DNA of 62,897 nucleotides, counting the filler. It is 6 parts of 6 records of this genome, joined end to end, with 100 filler letters (N's around TTAATTAATTAA, not from the genome) between each part and the next. Parts side by side here need not be neighbours in the genome. Positions count along the whole stretch, not along the records: positions 1 to 11,961 come from SRR2962707_2180; 5 more parts are not named here. The stretch is one strand, 5' to 3'. Every line of letters starts with the position of its first letter. Position 1 is the stretch's first letter. Shown here piece after piece: positions 1-9,609 of the stretch. The position numbers were made by a program, and so were the translations under genes. The notes under the pieces are model-generated. The model was not told the origin of the DNA. It saw only the letters and a program-made list of their open reading frames with translations, and ran no database searches.

Positions 1-94
1 CTTGCGTCTTACGGGGCGTCCACAGATGGAAAGCTGATGGTCCGCATTTCCACCTGTTCGTCGGTAGCAAACTTAAGCGCCCCGGCGTTTGAAT

Positions 95-745
95 TCAGCT
101 GCCCACTGTTATCCGGCAGATCAGCGTATTGTCCTGATGCAGATCCTCGCCCCAGATCAGCTCGGCTGAACTGTCCCAAGCGATCTCGTCATAGCCGTCC
201 TTGGGACTGACCTCCTGGGCGCTGTGCACCACGGCAGCGGGCCAGGCGCTGTCGTCAAAGCCGGGCGCGGTCCAGTCGGCCGGAATATCGGTTTCGGTGA
301 AGCCGCAGGCGCCCTCACCGGCAACCGGATTGCTCTCCTTGGCGCAGGAGACATCCAGCGGCGCATGGTGGACAACCAGGCAACGCGTATCGCCATTGGT
401 GACCGCAACCAGGGCGCCTGCGGCATCGTGGAACTGTGCAATCAGCCCACCATCGCCCATCTGCTGGCGATTGGTGCCGATATATTCGAGCCCGGAAAGG
501 TTCTCCTTGAAATCCTTGGCCATGATGGCAATGGTCATGGGCATGTCGGCTTCAAAGCTGGCCGTCTCGGTGTTGAAAGAGCGTTCGGTCGTGATCGGCA
601 CGCTGTCTTCCAGGACCTTTTCGCCGTTCACATACATCTCGAACCAGTTGTCCGCCCATACATCTGCGGTGATTGTCTGGCTCTGGGCCATCACCGAGCC
701 GGTGCCCAGGCTCAGCACGATTGCGGTCGCTAGTAAGGTGTGCAT
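95..745 (-). CDS. Secreted protein of unknown function (beta-rich), last visible gene of the EF-hand/YHYH/PEBP operon
   Basis: Start moved to ATG 745 (GAAGGAAA RBS upstream). N-terminal signal peptide MHTLLATAIVLSLGTGSVMA, motif WADNWFEMYVNG, four Cys. Confidence 0.75.
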   Translation of the reverse strand: MHTLLATAIVLSLGTGSVMAQSQTITADVWADNWFEMYVNGEKVLEDSVPITTERSFNTETASFEADMPMTIAIMAKDFKENLSGLEYIGTNRQQMGDGGLIAQFHDAAGALVAVTNGDTRCLVVHHAPLDVSCAKESNPVAGEGACGFTETDIPADWTAPGFDDSAWPAAVVHSAQEVSPKDGYDEIAWDSSAELIWGEDLHQDNTLICRITVGS

Positions 746-798
746 CTGGTTTTCCTTCATATGGTTCAGGAACAGGCGTCCTGCGGCGGGGGATCGGT

Positions 799-1356
799 TC
801 AATTCAGGAAGGCAATACTGGATGACGCGATGATCTTGCCTTCCATGGCCTGGGTCATGCTGGACCAGTCCACTTGCAGGTCATCATGGGCTGGCAAATC
901 GTCCAGTGCGCTGCTTAGTGCGTAGAGCGTGATGACATATTCATGCTGGGCCCCGGGTGGCGAGCATGGCGGCGTGTAGCCGGTGCGCCGTTCATCCTTG
1001 TCGCCCCCCTCATCGCCGATGGAGGCGGGATTGCCTCGTGGCAGCTCAACAGTGTCGACAGGAATATTCCACAACAGCCAATATTGGCTGGGCGCATCCA
1101 CCCCCTCGACGGTCCCTTTGGGATAGTGGTGCATGATCAGCGCCAGGCCTTGCGTGTCGACAGGCGTCGCGGACCAGGCGAGAGGCGGCGTCAGCCCGTC
1201 GCCGCCGTCGCGGGTGCATTTGAGATCGGCGGGCAAAGTACCGCCATTGACCATGACCGGGCTCGACAGCATGAACGTGTCCTGCGCTGCCGCCGACCCG
1301 GCCAATCCTGCCAGCATCAGCGCAGTGATCCAGCGCCGTGGCGCGACCGGCATCAT
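799..1356 (-). CDS. YbhB/YbcL family (PEBP, Raf kinase inhibitor-like) periplasmic protein
   Basis: Motifs TPPLAWS, LALIMHH, YWLLWNIP, GYTPPCSPPG, HEYVITLYAL; signal peptide. The ATG at 1356 overlaps the upstream stop (ATGA). Confidence 0.88.
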   Translation of the reverse strand: MMPVAPRRWITALMLAGLAGSAAAQDTFMLSSPVMVNGGTLPADLKCTRDGGDGLTPPLAWSATPVDTQGLALIMHHYPKGTVEGVDAPSQYWLLWNIPVDTVELPRGNPASIGDEGGDKDERRTGYTPPCSPPGAQHEYVITLYALSSALDDLPAHDDLQVDWSSMTQAMEGKIIASSSIAFLN

Positions 1357-2357
1357 CGGCAATACTCGCCGGTTTTGATCTCGCCCTTATTGGTCACCGT
1401 GCGCGTTTCGAAATCGTAGCAATCCGGCGTGTCGGAGGGTGTGTAACGCATGTAGTACTCTTCGCCCTGATAGGTGTAATCCATGCTGCGCTGACCCGAG
1501 GCATCCTGGGTGAACACCAGGCCCTCAACCCCACCGCGTGGCGGCTGACCGGGCTCCAGACCAACGCCGCCACCAGCAGGTGACAACGGGGCAGTCCGTG
1601 GCAAATCTTTCAGATCGGCGACCGTGCCCATCAGGCACTGGATAATATAGGGGGCCTCCAGCGAGGTGTGATAGCGATAGCCAAAGGTGTCGTCGGCCTG
1701 CCCGTTGCAGACATCGAGCACGTCTATGGCGATGGGCGTGCCGTCGGGATTGTTGTCACCGAAGATGGGGAAGCCGTCAAAGGCCCAGCCGATGATGGCG
1801 TCGTCACCGGCATTGTCCATCTGTTCGATCATGCAGGTCGGTTTGACGTGGTAGTGATAATCATCGCCACGTCCGGCATGGCCACCACAGACATCGAGCT
1901 GCTGGGTCAGCAGGGTGTCGTGCTGGGTTTGGTGGTGGTACAGATCGGCCTCGGTCATCTCGCCGCCGCCGGTATAGTCAAAGATCGGCACACCGTTCAC
2001 GGCCACACCCAGCGCCGCGTCGCGCGTCTGTGGTGTGTCGCCCAGGCTCGGCTGCAGCGGGATAGGGGCGGCATAGTCCTTGGCCGGAACCGGCACCTGC
2101 TCGTTGGTGCCGACAATGCCGGTCATCAGAGTGTGGTCGGGATAGGTGTCCGATGTCATCACCGCCTGCCCATTCTCACAGGTGACGGTGACACTATCGG
2201 CAAATCCGGCATCGGCCACAGATGCCATGACGGCGGCGCAATGCTCGTCTTCCGACTCGTGGGAATGTGCGGTAGCGGGCGTAAAAACCGCTGTTCCGAT
2301 GAGCATCGTCAGCGTTGTCACACCGAACTGAAAATGGAGAGGCTTCGTTATCGGCAT
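1353..2357 (-). CDS. YHYH domain protein, secreted, His-rich
   Basis: Motifs LGVAVNGVPIF, LDVCGGHAGRGDDYHYH, IIGWAFDGFPIFG, LDVCNG, YRYH; signal peptide followed by HSHESEDEH. Confidence 0.88.
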   Translation of the reverse strand: MPITKPLHFQFGVTTLTMLIGTAVFTPATAHSHESEDEHCAAVMASVADAGFADSVTVTCENGQAVMTSDTYPDHTLMTGIVGTNEQVPVPAKDYAAPIPLQPSLGDTPQTRDAALGVAVNGVPIFDYTGGGEMTEADLYHHQTQHDTLLTQQLDVCGGHAGRGDDYHYHVKPTCMIEQMDNAGDDAIIGWAFDGFPIFGDNNPDGTPIAIDVLDVCNGQADDTFGYRYHTSLEAPYIIQCLMGTVADLKDLPRTAPLSPAGGGVGLEPGQPPRGGVEGLVFTQDASGQRSMDYTYQGEEYYMRYTPSDTPDCYDFETRTVTNKGEIKTGEYCR

Positions 2358-2445
2358 GGTGACTCCAGTGATTGCCTGTTGGGCTCTGAGACTGAAAAAC
2401 GGCTCGGCAATGGCAGCGACCTTTCAGATCACCGCCAGGCGATGA

Positions 2446-2940
2446 CTAGCCGCGCGGCAACTGACCCGAGACGTGGGCGGCTTCAATCTCTTCGGCGGAA
2501 ACCGTGTCATCTCCGTCGAGGTCGATCAGATCAAAAAATTCACCAAGGCCCATCTGACGGTAGAGCCGTTCGTTGGCATAGTCGGTAACTTCCGCAAGCG
2601 TCAGGCGACCGTCCGCATTGGCGTCTGAGCCATCGAAGGCGAACTCGGGCTGAACGCTGGCGACTTCGCTCTCGTCAAGAACCTGATCCTGGTTGAGGTC
2701 GAACTGGTCAAAATAGGCAACCATGCCGACGCTGCGTTCCGGGCCCATCGCGATAAACTGGTCGATTTCGGCCCGCGTAACCTGACCGTCGTAATCAAAA
2801 TCAGAGGCGCTGAAAGGACCGTGAGGTCCGGGGCTCCGGGGACCATTCGTCAGACTGTTTCCCGCAGTCTGCGCAAAGGCAGAGCTGGCCAACAGGGCTA
2901 AAGTCGCTGCCGCCAGAATGAGCTTCGTGGTCGTTTTCAT
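2446..2940 (-). CDS. Secreted EF-hand calcium-binding protein
   Basis: Four EF-hand-like loops (DFDYDGQVTRAE, DLNQDQVLDESE, DANADGRLTLAE, DLDGDDTVSAEE); signal peptide from ATG 2940. Confidence 0.85.
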   Translation of the reverse strand: MKTTTKLILAAATLALLASSAFAQTAGNSLTNGPRSPGPHGPFSASDFDYDGQVTRAEIDQFIAMGPERSVGMVAYFDQFDLNQDQVLDESEVASVQPEFAFDGSDANADGRLTLAEVTDYANERLYRQMGLGEFFDLIDLDGDDTVSAEEIEAAHVSGQLPRG

Positions 2941-3504
2941 TGTGCCCTGCAACTCCCAAAGATAATATCACGCCATCTGCGGGCCGCTATGGCACCCGCG
3001 ATTGTTACGCATAGTCATACGGTCGCGGGCTGCCCGATGGCACGTTACAAGCCGGTCGCAAACATGAACGTTTGGAAACGGATCGTCATTGCTGAGGTCG
3101 TGCAGGATAAGACTGCTCCTCGACGACACGGACCCGTAACGCTGGCCGCTGCGATGGGTGAGCGCGTGTGGCCGCTCTCATCCGGTGAGTAGCGACGAGA
3201 TCGCTATTCCTATCCTTGGGAGAGAACTGAAGGACGCAGTTGCGGCTGAACGATTTTGGCCAGGGTCGACCTGGCCGGGTCGACGCATCGCATGTCGCAT
3301 CGGCGTCTTCGCTGACGCAACCGGCTTTTGCCATCAGTCGCGAGCAGCTATCGCCATGTGGAGAGGCGTCTGCTTTCATACATCGGAACATACGGCGTGA
3401 GTGGCTGAAATGGCGTCATCAGCAGATGGCAATTTGGGTTTTCTCCTGACCGACCGGTTTGCGGCCGGTCAGGAGAAGGAATCTATTCTTAGACGAGGTG
3501 ACGG

Positions 3505-5112
3505 CTATCGCGAGACTGGATCGTCTTGCTGGTCAGGGGAGGCGCCGTTCTGGGCATCGCCTTTGGCGATCGATGCCGTGGCGGGAACGCCATGGTAGCC
3601 GGAAATCGATTTGGCGCTGGCCATGCCTGGAGATTGAGACTTGCCGCCGAGCATATCGCGGGTGGCCTTTTCGATCCGGTCGCCAATGTCTTTATCCACC
3701 TTGCGCCAATAGGCGAACGCCCGCTCCAGGATCGGCTCACTGACGCCGTTGGCCAGATGTCCAGAAGCGTTTTTGACAAATCGTTCGCGTTGCTCATCGT
3801 CCATGACGTCGCGCACGAGTGCACCGGCTTGGCTCCAATCGTCATCTGCGGCGCGTAGGGTGTAAGCAGCGCGGACCATGTCGCCGTCGGCAATCCAGGT
3901 CGCTTCTCCCCCTGTTTCCGGCTGCGCTCCGGCACCACCATATGAGTTGGGCGCATAGACCGGATCGAGCGCATTGACAGTGCGGCCGCGCCCGGCACGC
4001 GAATAGGAATGCACCTCCGCTGCCTTGGCCTGATTGACCGGAATCTGCTTGTAGTTGACCCCCAGCCGAGCGCGGTGTGCGTCAGAATAGGAGAACCCGC
4101 GCGCGAGAAGCATCTTGTCAGGGCTGAGGCCGATGCCCGGCACCATATTATTTGGCTCGAAGGCCAATTGCTCAATCTGCGTATCCCAATCCACGGGGTT
4201 TGTATCGAGCGTTAGCTTGCCGACCTCCATCAACGGATAATCGGCATGCGGCCATATCTTGGTGAGGTCAAACGGGTTGATACGATAGGTCTTGGCGTCG
4301 TCGAAAGGCATCACCTGGAACTTCAACGTCCAGCTTGGGAATTCACCTCTGGCGATGTGCTCAAACAGGTCGCGACGGTGATAGTCGCCGTCCTGGCCGG
4401 CCATCTTGTCAGCCGCGTCCTGTGTCAGGTGCGCATTGCCGTCGCCCAGATCGGTATGGAAGTGCCACTTGACCCAGAATTTTTCACCCGCTTCGTTGGT
4501 GAGCATGTAGGTGTGGCTGCCGTAACCGTTCATTTCGCGCCAGTTCCTGGGCACGCCGCGATCGCCCATAAGATAGGTCACCTGGTGTGCACTTTCGGGG
4601 CTGAGCGTCCAGAAATCCCACTGCATGTCATGATCGCGCAGTCCGTTATCGGCCCTGCGCTTCTGGCTACGGATGAAGTGCTGGAACTTCATCGGGTCGC
4701 GAATGAAAAAGATCGGCGTGTTGTTGCCGACCATATCGAAATTGCCGTCATCGGTGTAAAACTTCACCGAGAACCCGCGCGGATCGCGCCACGTGTCGGG
4801 ACTGCCGCGTTCACCCGCCACGGTGGAGAAGCGGACCGCGGTTTCCACTTTGGCACCAAGCTGCAGGAATTTTGCCTTGGTGAATTTGCTGACGTCGCTG
4901 GTCACCTCGAAATGGCCAAATGCCCCACTTCCCTTGGCATGGGGCTGCCGTTCAGGAATGCGCTCGCGATTAAAATTCGCCATCTGCTCAATCAAATAGT
5001 GATCATTGAGCACGATCGGGCCGTCTCGACCTATCGTGAGCGAATGCTCGTCGCTCTGGACCGGAATGCCTGCATCGGTCGTGGTGCGGGGGGCGGAGCT
5101 TTTATCGGCCAT
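3505..5112 (-). CDS. katA: Monofunctional heme catalase (small-subunit type)
   Basis: [15 protein letters not shown] active-site motif, [23 protein letters not shown], proximal-Tyr motif [10 protein letters not shown]. Start at ATG 5112 with GAGG RBS. Confidence 0.93.
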   Translation of the reverse strand: MADKSSAPRTTTDAGIPVQSDEHSLTIGRDGPIVLNDHYLIEQMANFNRERIPERQPHAKGSGAFGHFEVTSDVSKFTKAKFLQLGAKVETAVRFSTVAGERGSPDTWRDPRGFSVKFYTDDGNFDMVGNNTPIFFIRDPMKFQHFIRSQKRRADNGLRDHDMQWDFWTLSPESAHQVTYLMGDRGVPRNWREMNGYGSHTYMLTNEAGEKFWVKWHFHTDLGDGNAHLTQDAADKMAGQDGDYHRRDLFEHIARGEFPSWTLKFQVMPFDDAKTYRINPFDLTKIWPHADYPLMEVGKLTLDTNPVDWDTQIEQLAFEPNNMVPGIGLSPDKMLLARGFSYSDAHRARLGVNYKQIPVNQAKAAEVHSYSRAGRGRTVNALDPVYAPNSYGGAGAQPETGGEATWIADGDMVRAAYTLRAADDDWSQAGALVRDVMDDEQRERFVKNASGHLANGVSEPILERAFAYWRKVDKDIGDRIEKATRDMLGGKSQSPGMASAKSISGYHGVPATASIAKGDAQNGASPDQQDDPVSR

Positions 5113-5323
5113 GGTCGTGTCCTCGGGGTGCGTTGCTATAGCACTACAACCGATGGCGGGAGCGGCAGGTTCCGTCGTGAGCGGTCCTGATCGGGCATGC
5201 GTTGCACGACTTAGTGATGAGGGGCGACACGGCCGCACTTTGTCGGCTCGAAGCACCGGGCAAAACTGCGCAGACTGAATTGTCTGCGGCACGCCGGCTG
5301 CAGCTGAACGGGCCCGTTTGTCG

Positions 5324-5830
5324 CTAGACCACCTTGAGCCAGGGCTGGAAACTGCCGCCGGCGATCATGGCCCAGTAGAGTTTGCCGTTTGACGTCCGCG
5401 CGACGGCCAGACCGAATTCGGTGAATTTGGCATTGAGCAGGGTCGAGCGGTGGCCAGAGGATTGCATCCAGCCCTCGATGGCACCTTGCAGGCTGGTATA
5501 GCCCTTGGCGAGGTTTTCGCCGACGGCGCCCTGATAGCCTGCGGCGGTGACGCGCTCGCGCAGGGTAATCCCCAGATCGTGGCTGAGCGTGTTCTTGCTG
5601 GCCATCAGGCGGGCCTGTGAACGGGCGGCGTCTTCAAGGCGGGGATTGTAGCTCCAGGGGCCCGCGCCATTGGCCTTGCGCACCGCGTTGATGGCGGTGA
5701 GAATTTCCGCATCGCTCATGGTCTCGGGCGTGCTGGCGCCCTTGGGCAAGACCGGAATGGTGCTTGCGCAGGCGGACAGCGCCAAGGCGGCACCGAGAAC
5801 GAGAAAGCTGCGGCGGGGCAAAGTCGACAT
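5324..5830 (-). CDS. CAP (SCP-like) domain lipoprotein
   Basis: RR plus lipobox LSAC; CAP motifs [28 protein letters not shown]. Start at ATG 5830. Confidence 0.88.
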   Translation of the reverse strand: MSTLPRRSFLVLGAALALSACASTIPVLPKGASTPETMSDAEILTAINAVRKANGAGPWSYNPRLEDAARSQARLMASKNTLSHDLGITLRERVTAAGYQGAVGENLAKGYTSLQGAIEGWMQSSGHRSTLLNAKFTEFGLAVARTSNGKLYWAMIAGGSFQPWLKVV

Positions 5831-6016
5831 CAAGCAAATTCCACTTGTAGCGGCGCTATGGCACCATGAATCCGAAGGTCTGGCATACAGCGTTCTGGCG
5901 TCGCGCATGGCGCCCGGTTGATCTGATATCACGCAAGGAAGATTGCCAGTCCATGAAGATCATAGTGGAAAGCTGGCAGTTTTGGGCCGCCGGTGGCCGG
6001 CACCAAAGCCAGGGCG

Positions 6017-6877
6017 CTAGGCCTGATCATAGGCGCTGAGCAAGAGCGGCAGCATGGTGAGCTGCCAGATGATCGGCTCGCCCGCCTCCAGGGTCCAGCA
6101 GGCCGAAAGCGCCGCATGGGCCGAGGCCCAGCCCAGAACACGCTTGCGACTGTAACCCAGCCGTTCGGCCACCATATCGGCCATGGCGGCGATGCGGCGG
6201 GGATCCTTGACCGTATCTTCGGCGCCCAGCGGATTGATGAAGGCATTGGCCAACTCGTAACAGGGGTCACCCAGCAGCCCCTTGGGATCAATGGCCAGCC
6301 AGCCGCGATCGGAGGACATGATGTTGTCATGGTGCAAATCGCCATGCAGCGGGATCTGCGCGGTGGGGCGATCGAACAGTTTGAGCGCTATGCCGGCGGC
6401 CCGGGCATACATGTCGCGGGCGGTGTGGGGCCAGGCGCGCACATCGGTATCAAACAGCGGCTGGAAACGCTCGCGCAGCGGCAGCATGTCTTCAAGCGGC
6501 TCGGCGCGAGGACGGTGCAGGCCGCCCACCACAGAGCACAGCGCGGTGGTGGACTGATCATCATGACCGGCGCGCACGGCATCGCCCAGCGTGCCGCCAT
6601 CGAGCCATTCCATGAAAATGGTATCGCCGTGGATATCAAAGACCGTTGCAGCCCCCTCCCCGCCATACCAGTTCATCAGGCGCCCGCCACGCCGCTCTTC
6701 CTGCGCCGCTGCAGGCTTGAGCAGTTTGAGCACGGCGAAATTGCGCCCGTTCTGCTCGACCTTGAAGATCGTGCTGGACGGGCTGTCGGCAAGCTGGGTC
6801 GACTTGGTCAGCGACCAGCGGATCATGGCGCGGCTGAGCGCGGTTTGAAGAGGCGACTGATTCATCATGACCGCCAT
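6017..6877 (-). CDS. Aminoglycoside/hydroxyurea kinase, APH(6)/StrB-like family
   Basis: Brenner motif LHGDLHHDNI, WLAIDPKGLLGD, AVLKL. Exact start (6877 or 6868) uncertain. Confidence 0.85.
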   Translation of the reverse strand: MAVMMNQSPLQTALSRAMIRWSLTKSTQLADSPSSTIFKVEQNGRNFAVLKLLKPAAAQEERRGGRLMNWYGGEGAATVFDIHGDTIFMEWLDGGTLGDAVRAGHDDQSTTALCSVVGGLHRPRAEPLEDMLPLRERFQPLFDTDVRAWPHTARDMYARAAGIALKLFDRPTAQIPLHGDLHHDNIMSSDRGWLAIDPKGLLGDPCYELANAFINPLGAEDTVKDPRRIAAMADMVAERLGYSRKRVLGWASAHAALSACWTLEAGEPIIWQLTMLPLLLSAYDQA

Positions 6878-7079
6878 TAGAGCAGAAGCAGGTGCCGGAT
6901 TCGACTGGCAGCCAAACATGGCCGGAAAAGTTGATCAAGATGGGGCAGAAGCCGGCAGCGGTCGCCCTTGACACAAAAGCAAGCATAACGCGCAAAAACG
7001 CTGGGACGGCAAGGCTTCTTAACCGGATGGGGGCGCATGATCAGCGCATGCAAACGGCGGGCCCTGGGGAGGACCATCG

Positions 7080-7256
7080 ATGACGCATTACAAGAGTGAC
7101 GACGCCTACGCCCATCCTGAACTGACCGACATTATCAGCCCTGACGAAGCGCGGCCGGGTCTGCTGCGGCAGTTTGCCAATGGCCTTGGCGGGCTGGTGG
7201 TGCTGATGCTGACCGGACTGGTGCTGATTGTCATGGTGTTCTGGAAATCGCCCTGA
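7080..7256 (+). CDS. Small (58 aa) single-pass membrane protein, absent from the ORF track
   Basis: Hand translation MTHYKSDDAYAHPELTDIISPDEARPGLLRQFANGLGGLVVLMLTGLVLIVMVFWKSP*; GGGAGGA RBS; C-terminal hydrophobic helix. Confidence 0.7.
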   Translation: MTHYKSDDAYAHPELTDIISPDEARPGLLRQFANGLGGLVVLMLTGLVLIVMVFWKSP

Positions 7257-7326
7257 CCGAACAGGCTATGGAAAACACCCCGACCATTGGCCGGGGTGCA
7301 ATCAATCATGGGTCGGGCGGATCAGC

Positions 7327-8733
7327 CTATTTGATGCGGTAGGCATCCTTGGCGGCCTGATAGCTCAGATGCTTGGCAACATCGCGCGCCGTGCTGCGCG
7401 AAATGCGGTTCTCACCCACCCAACGTCCCAGAAAGCCACAGACTTCGCGGCGCCAGACATCATGACGCGCCGGGATCGAGAGCAGCGCGCGGGTGTCGTC
7501 GTTGAAGCCGGCCAGATTATAGAAGCCAGCGCTTTCAACCACCTGATCGAGATAGCGACGAATGCCCTGTGGGCTATCATGGAACCACCATGGCGGCCCC
7601 ACCAGCAGGCTGGGCCAGTAACCGGCCATGGGGGCCAGTTCGCGGGCATAGGTGGTTTCGTCGAGCACGAACATGATCAGGCGCAGATTGGGCTCATTAC
7701 CGCAGCGTGAGAGCAGCGCGCGCAGGCCGTTGACGTAATCGGTGGTGCCCGGAATGTCGGCACCCAGATCGGGGCCACGCTCGGTGAACAGCAGCGGATC
7801 GGTGTTGCGGCGCGAGCCGGCATGGATCTGCATGACCATGCCATCCTCGACAGCCAGCAGGGCCATTTCGGTCAGCATCTGGGCGCGGAACAGTTCGGCA
7901 TCGTCGGCTGTATGCGTGCCAGCCAGAACGCGGTCGAGCAGTGCCTGCTTGTCGACCAGAGGCAGATCAGCCGTGTTGGCCGTCGGCACGCCGTGGTCGG
8001 TAGCCACCGCGCCATGCTGGCGGAAGAATTCGCGGCGAATGCGGTGTGCGTTGATCAACCCGTCCCACCTGGTGATGTCCTCGCCGGTCAGTTCGCCGAA
8101 CTTTTGCAGGTTGGCGGCAATGGCAGGGCGGCTTGGGTCGGTGACGTCATCGGGTCGATAGGTGGTGCGGACGCGACCGATATAGCCATCGGCCTTCATC
8201 TTTTGATGATGCGGCAGGGTATCGAGGGCAAATTCGGTGGTGGCGATGACCTCGACATTTGCATTGTCGAGCACGGCGCGCGGCAACAGGTCGGGCGTGG
8301 CGAGCGCGGCATCAATGCGATCATAGATGGCGTCGGCGGTCTCGCCCGAGAGTTCTTCTTCAATGCCGAAGGACGCCTTGAGCGAATGATCGATCCAGGT
8401 CTTGGAGGGGGTGCCGGCAAACAGATAATAATTGGCCGCAAACAGTCGCCAGGCATCGCGGCCGCCGGCGACCGGCTTGCCATCCTTGCGGGGCACGCCC
8501 AGATCGTCATAACTCAGGCCACGGCTGCGTAGCATGCGCAAGACGTAGTGATCGGGCGTCAGAAACAGGCTGGCCGGATCAGAAAAGCGCTGGTTGTTTG
8601 CAAACCAGGCCGGGTCGGTGTGACCGTGCGGGCTGATCAGCGGCAGGTCGGAGACCTCGGAATAGAGCTGGCGCGCAATGGTCTGGGCGGGCTCTGAAGC
8701 GGGAAACAGGCGGTCGGGATGCAGGTGTGTCAT
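7327..8733 (-). CDS. uxaC: Glucuronate (uronate) isomerase
   Basis: Motifs PLISPHGHTDP, PDHYVLRML, TYRPD, TDHG, MQIHAG, GPPWWFHDS, GFNDDTRA, ARHDVWRR. Confidence 0.95.
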   Translation of the reverse strand: MTHLHPDRLFPASEPAQTIARQLYSEVSDLPLISPHGHTDPAWFANNQRFSDPASLFLTPDHYVLRMLRSRGLSYDDLGVPRKDGKPVAGGRDAWRLFAANYYLFAGTPSKTWIDHSLKASFGIEEELSGETADAIYDRIDAALATPDLLPRAVLDNANVEVIATTEFALDTLPHHQKMKADGYIGRVRTTYRPDDVTDPSRPAIAANLQKFGELTGEDITRWDGLINAHRIRREFFRQHGAVATDHGVPTANTADLPLVDKQALLDRVLAGTHTADDAELFRAQMLTEMALLAVEDGMVMQIHAGSRRNTDPLLFTERGPDLGADIPGTTDYVNGLRALLSRCGNEPNLRLIMFVLDETTYARELAPMAGYWPSLLVGPPWWFHDSPQGIRRYLDQVVESAGFYNLAGFNDDTRALLSIPARHDVWRREVCGFLGRWVGENRISRSTARDVAKHLSYQAAKDAYRIK

Positions 8734-8951
8734 GGACCATTTTTGCCATGAACCGCGTCCGGAATCAATCATCTTCCATACAAGATAAGCGATGGGGTCC
8801 GATTGATAAAATTAACGGCGTTTGCAGGATCGTCTTCGGCTTTTCGCGCCGCGGGATTAGCCTTCATGTGCCGGGTGAGAACAGCGTAAAGCGGCGACCC
8901 AGTTGTGAGCCCGATCCGGCACGGATCGGCATGCTGAGGGGACGACCGAGA

Positions 8952-9119
8952 ATGGCGCATCTCAATTTCGACCACGCACAGAGCAAGTTAAGCGGCACCC
9001 GCGCACAGGCGCGCGCCGCCAACCATGTCCATCACGCCCAGATCATGCTGGTTGCGGCAGGGATGACCGCGATGGGCATTGTAGCCGTGGCCGCCACGAT
9101 GATGACCACCCTGCTCTAG
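8952..9119 (+). CDS. Small (55 aa) membrane-anchored hypothetical protein
   Basis: ATG 8952 with GAGGGG RBS, inside track ORF 8727..9119; hydrophobic C-terminus IMLVAAGMTAMGIVAVAATMMTTLL. Confidence 0.55.
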   Translation: MAHLNFDHAQSKLSGTRAQARAANHVHHAQIMLVAAGMTAMGIVAVAATMMTTLL

Positions 9120-9313
9120 CAGCAGAAGTCGCTATATCGGCTCTGCGCGCCCCATGGCTGGGCGCGGCCTGTCCGCACATGCCCTGAGCGGGCAATACCC
9201 TCACCGCATGGCTGGATTGACCGATTGGGCCTACCGCAAAGCAGGCGGCGCGCCCATTTGTCTAGTCATGAAAGCGACCCGGCAATTCGGTTGGGTCTTA
9301 TGAGGAACTGGCT

Positions 9314-9484
9314 ATGAGCAATCCGCGCAAAACTTTGTTTGCGACCCTTGGCACCGTGTTCGACGTGTTCGGCAGCGCTGCTGCCGCCGCGGCGGCTGTT
9401 GAAGGTGGGCGTGCGCCCAAAGCCAAGCACCTCAAGACCCTCGGGATTGATTCCGACGCTTTCCGTTCGATCGGCAAGCGCTAA
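9314..9484 (+). CDS. Small (56 aa) hypothetical protein, absent from the ORF track
   Basis: Hand translation MSNPRKTLFATLGTVFDVFGSAAAAAAAVEGGRAPKAKHLKTLGIDSDAFRSIGKR*; GAGGAA RBS; terminator downstream. Confidence 0.72.
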   Translation: MSNPRKTLFATLGTVFDVFGSAAAAAAAVEGGRAPKAKHLKTLGIDSDAFRSIGKR

Positions 9485-9551
9485 AATCTCCTGGCAGCAG
9501 GGCGCGTCCCCTCCCTGAGCGACCTGCGCCGCGCACCCGACCTGACGTAAG

Positions 9552-9588
9552 AAAGCCCGGCCACCCTTGATTGGGTGGCCGGGCTTTT
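9552..9588. terminator. Bidirectional intrinsic terminator
   Basis: Perfect 15-bp stem AAAGCCCGGCCACCC / GGGTGGCCGGGCTTT with a 6-nt loop, between convergent genes. Confidence 0.85.
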
Positions 9589-9609
9589 GCTTGCGTATTT
9601 ACGCGCAGA

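Noticed and set aside
2989-3500. Several short ORFs between the EF-hand gene and catalase
   Set aside because: No RBS or motif support in any frame; possibly decayed sequence, so none was called.
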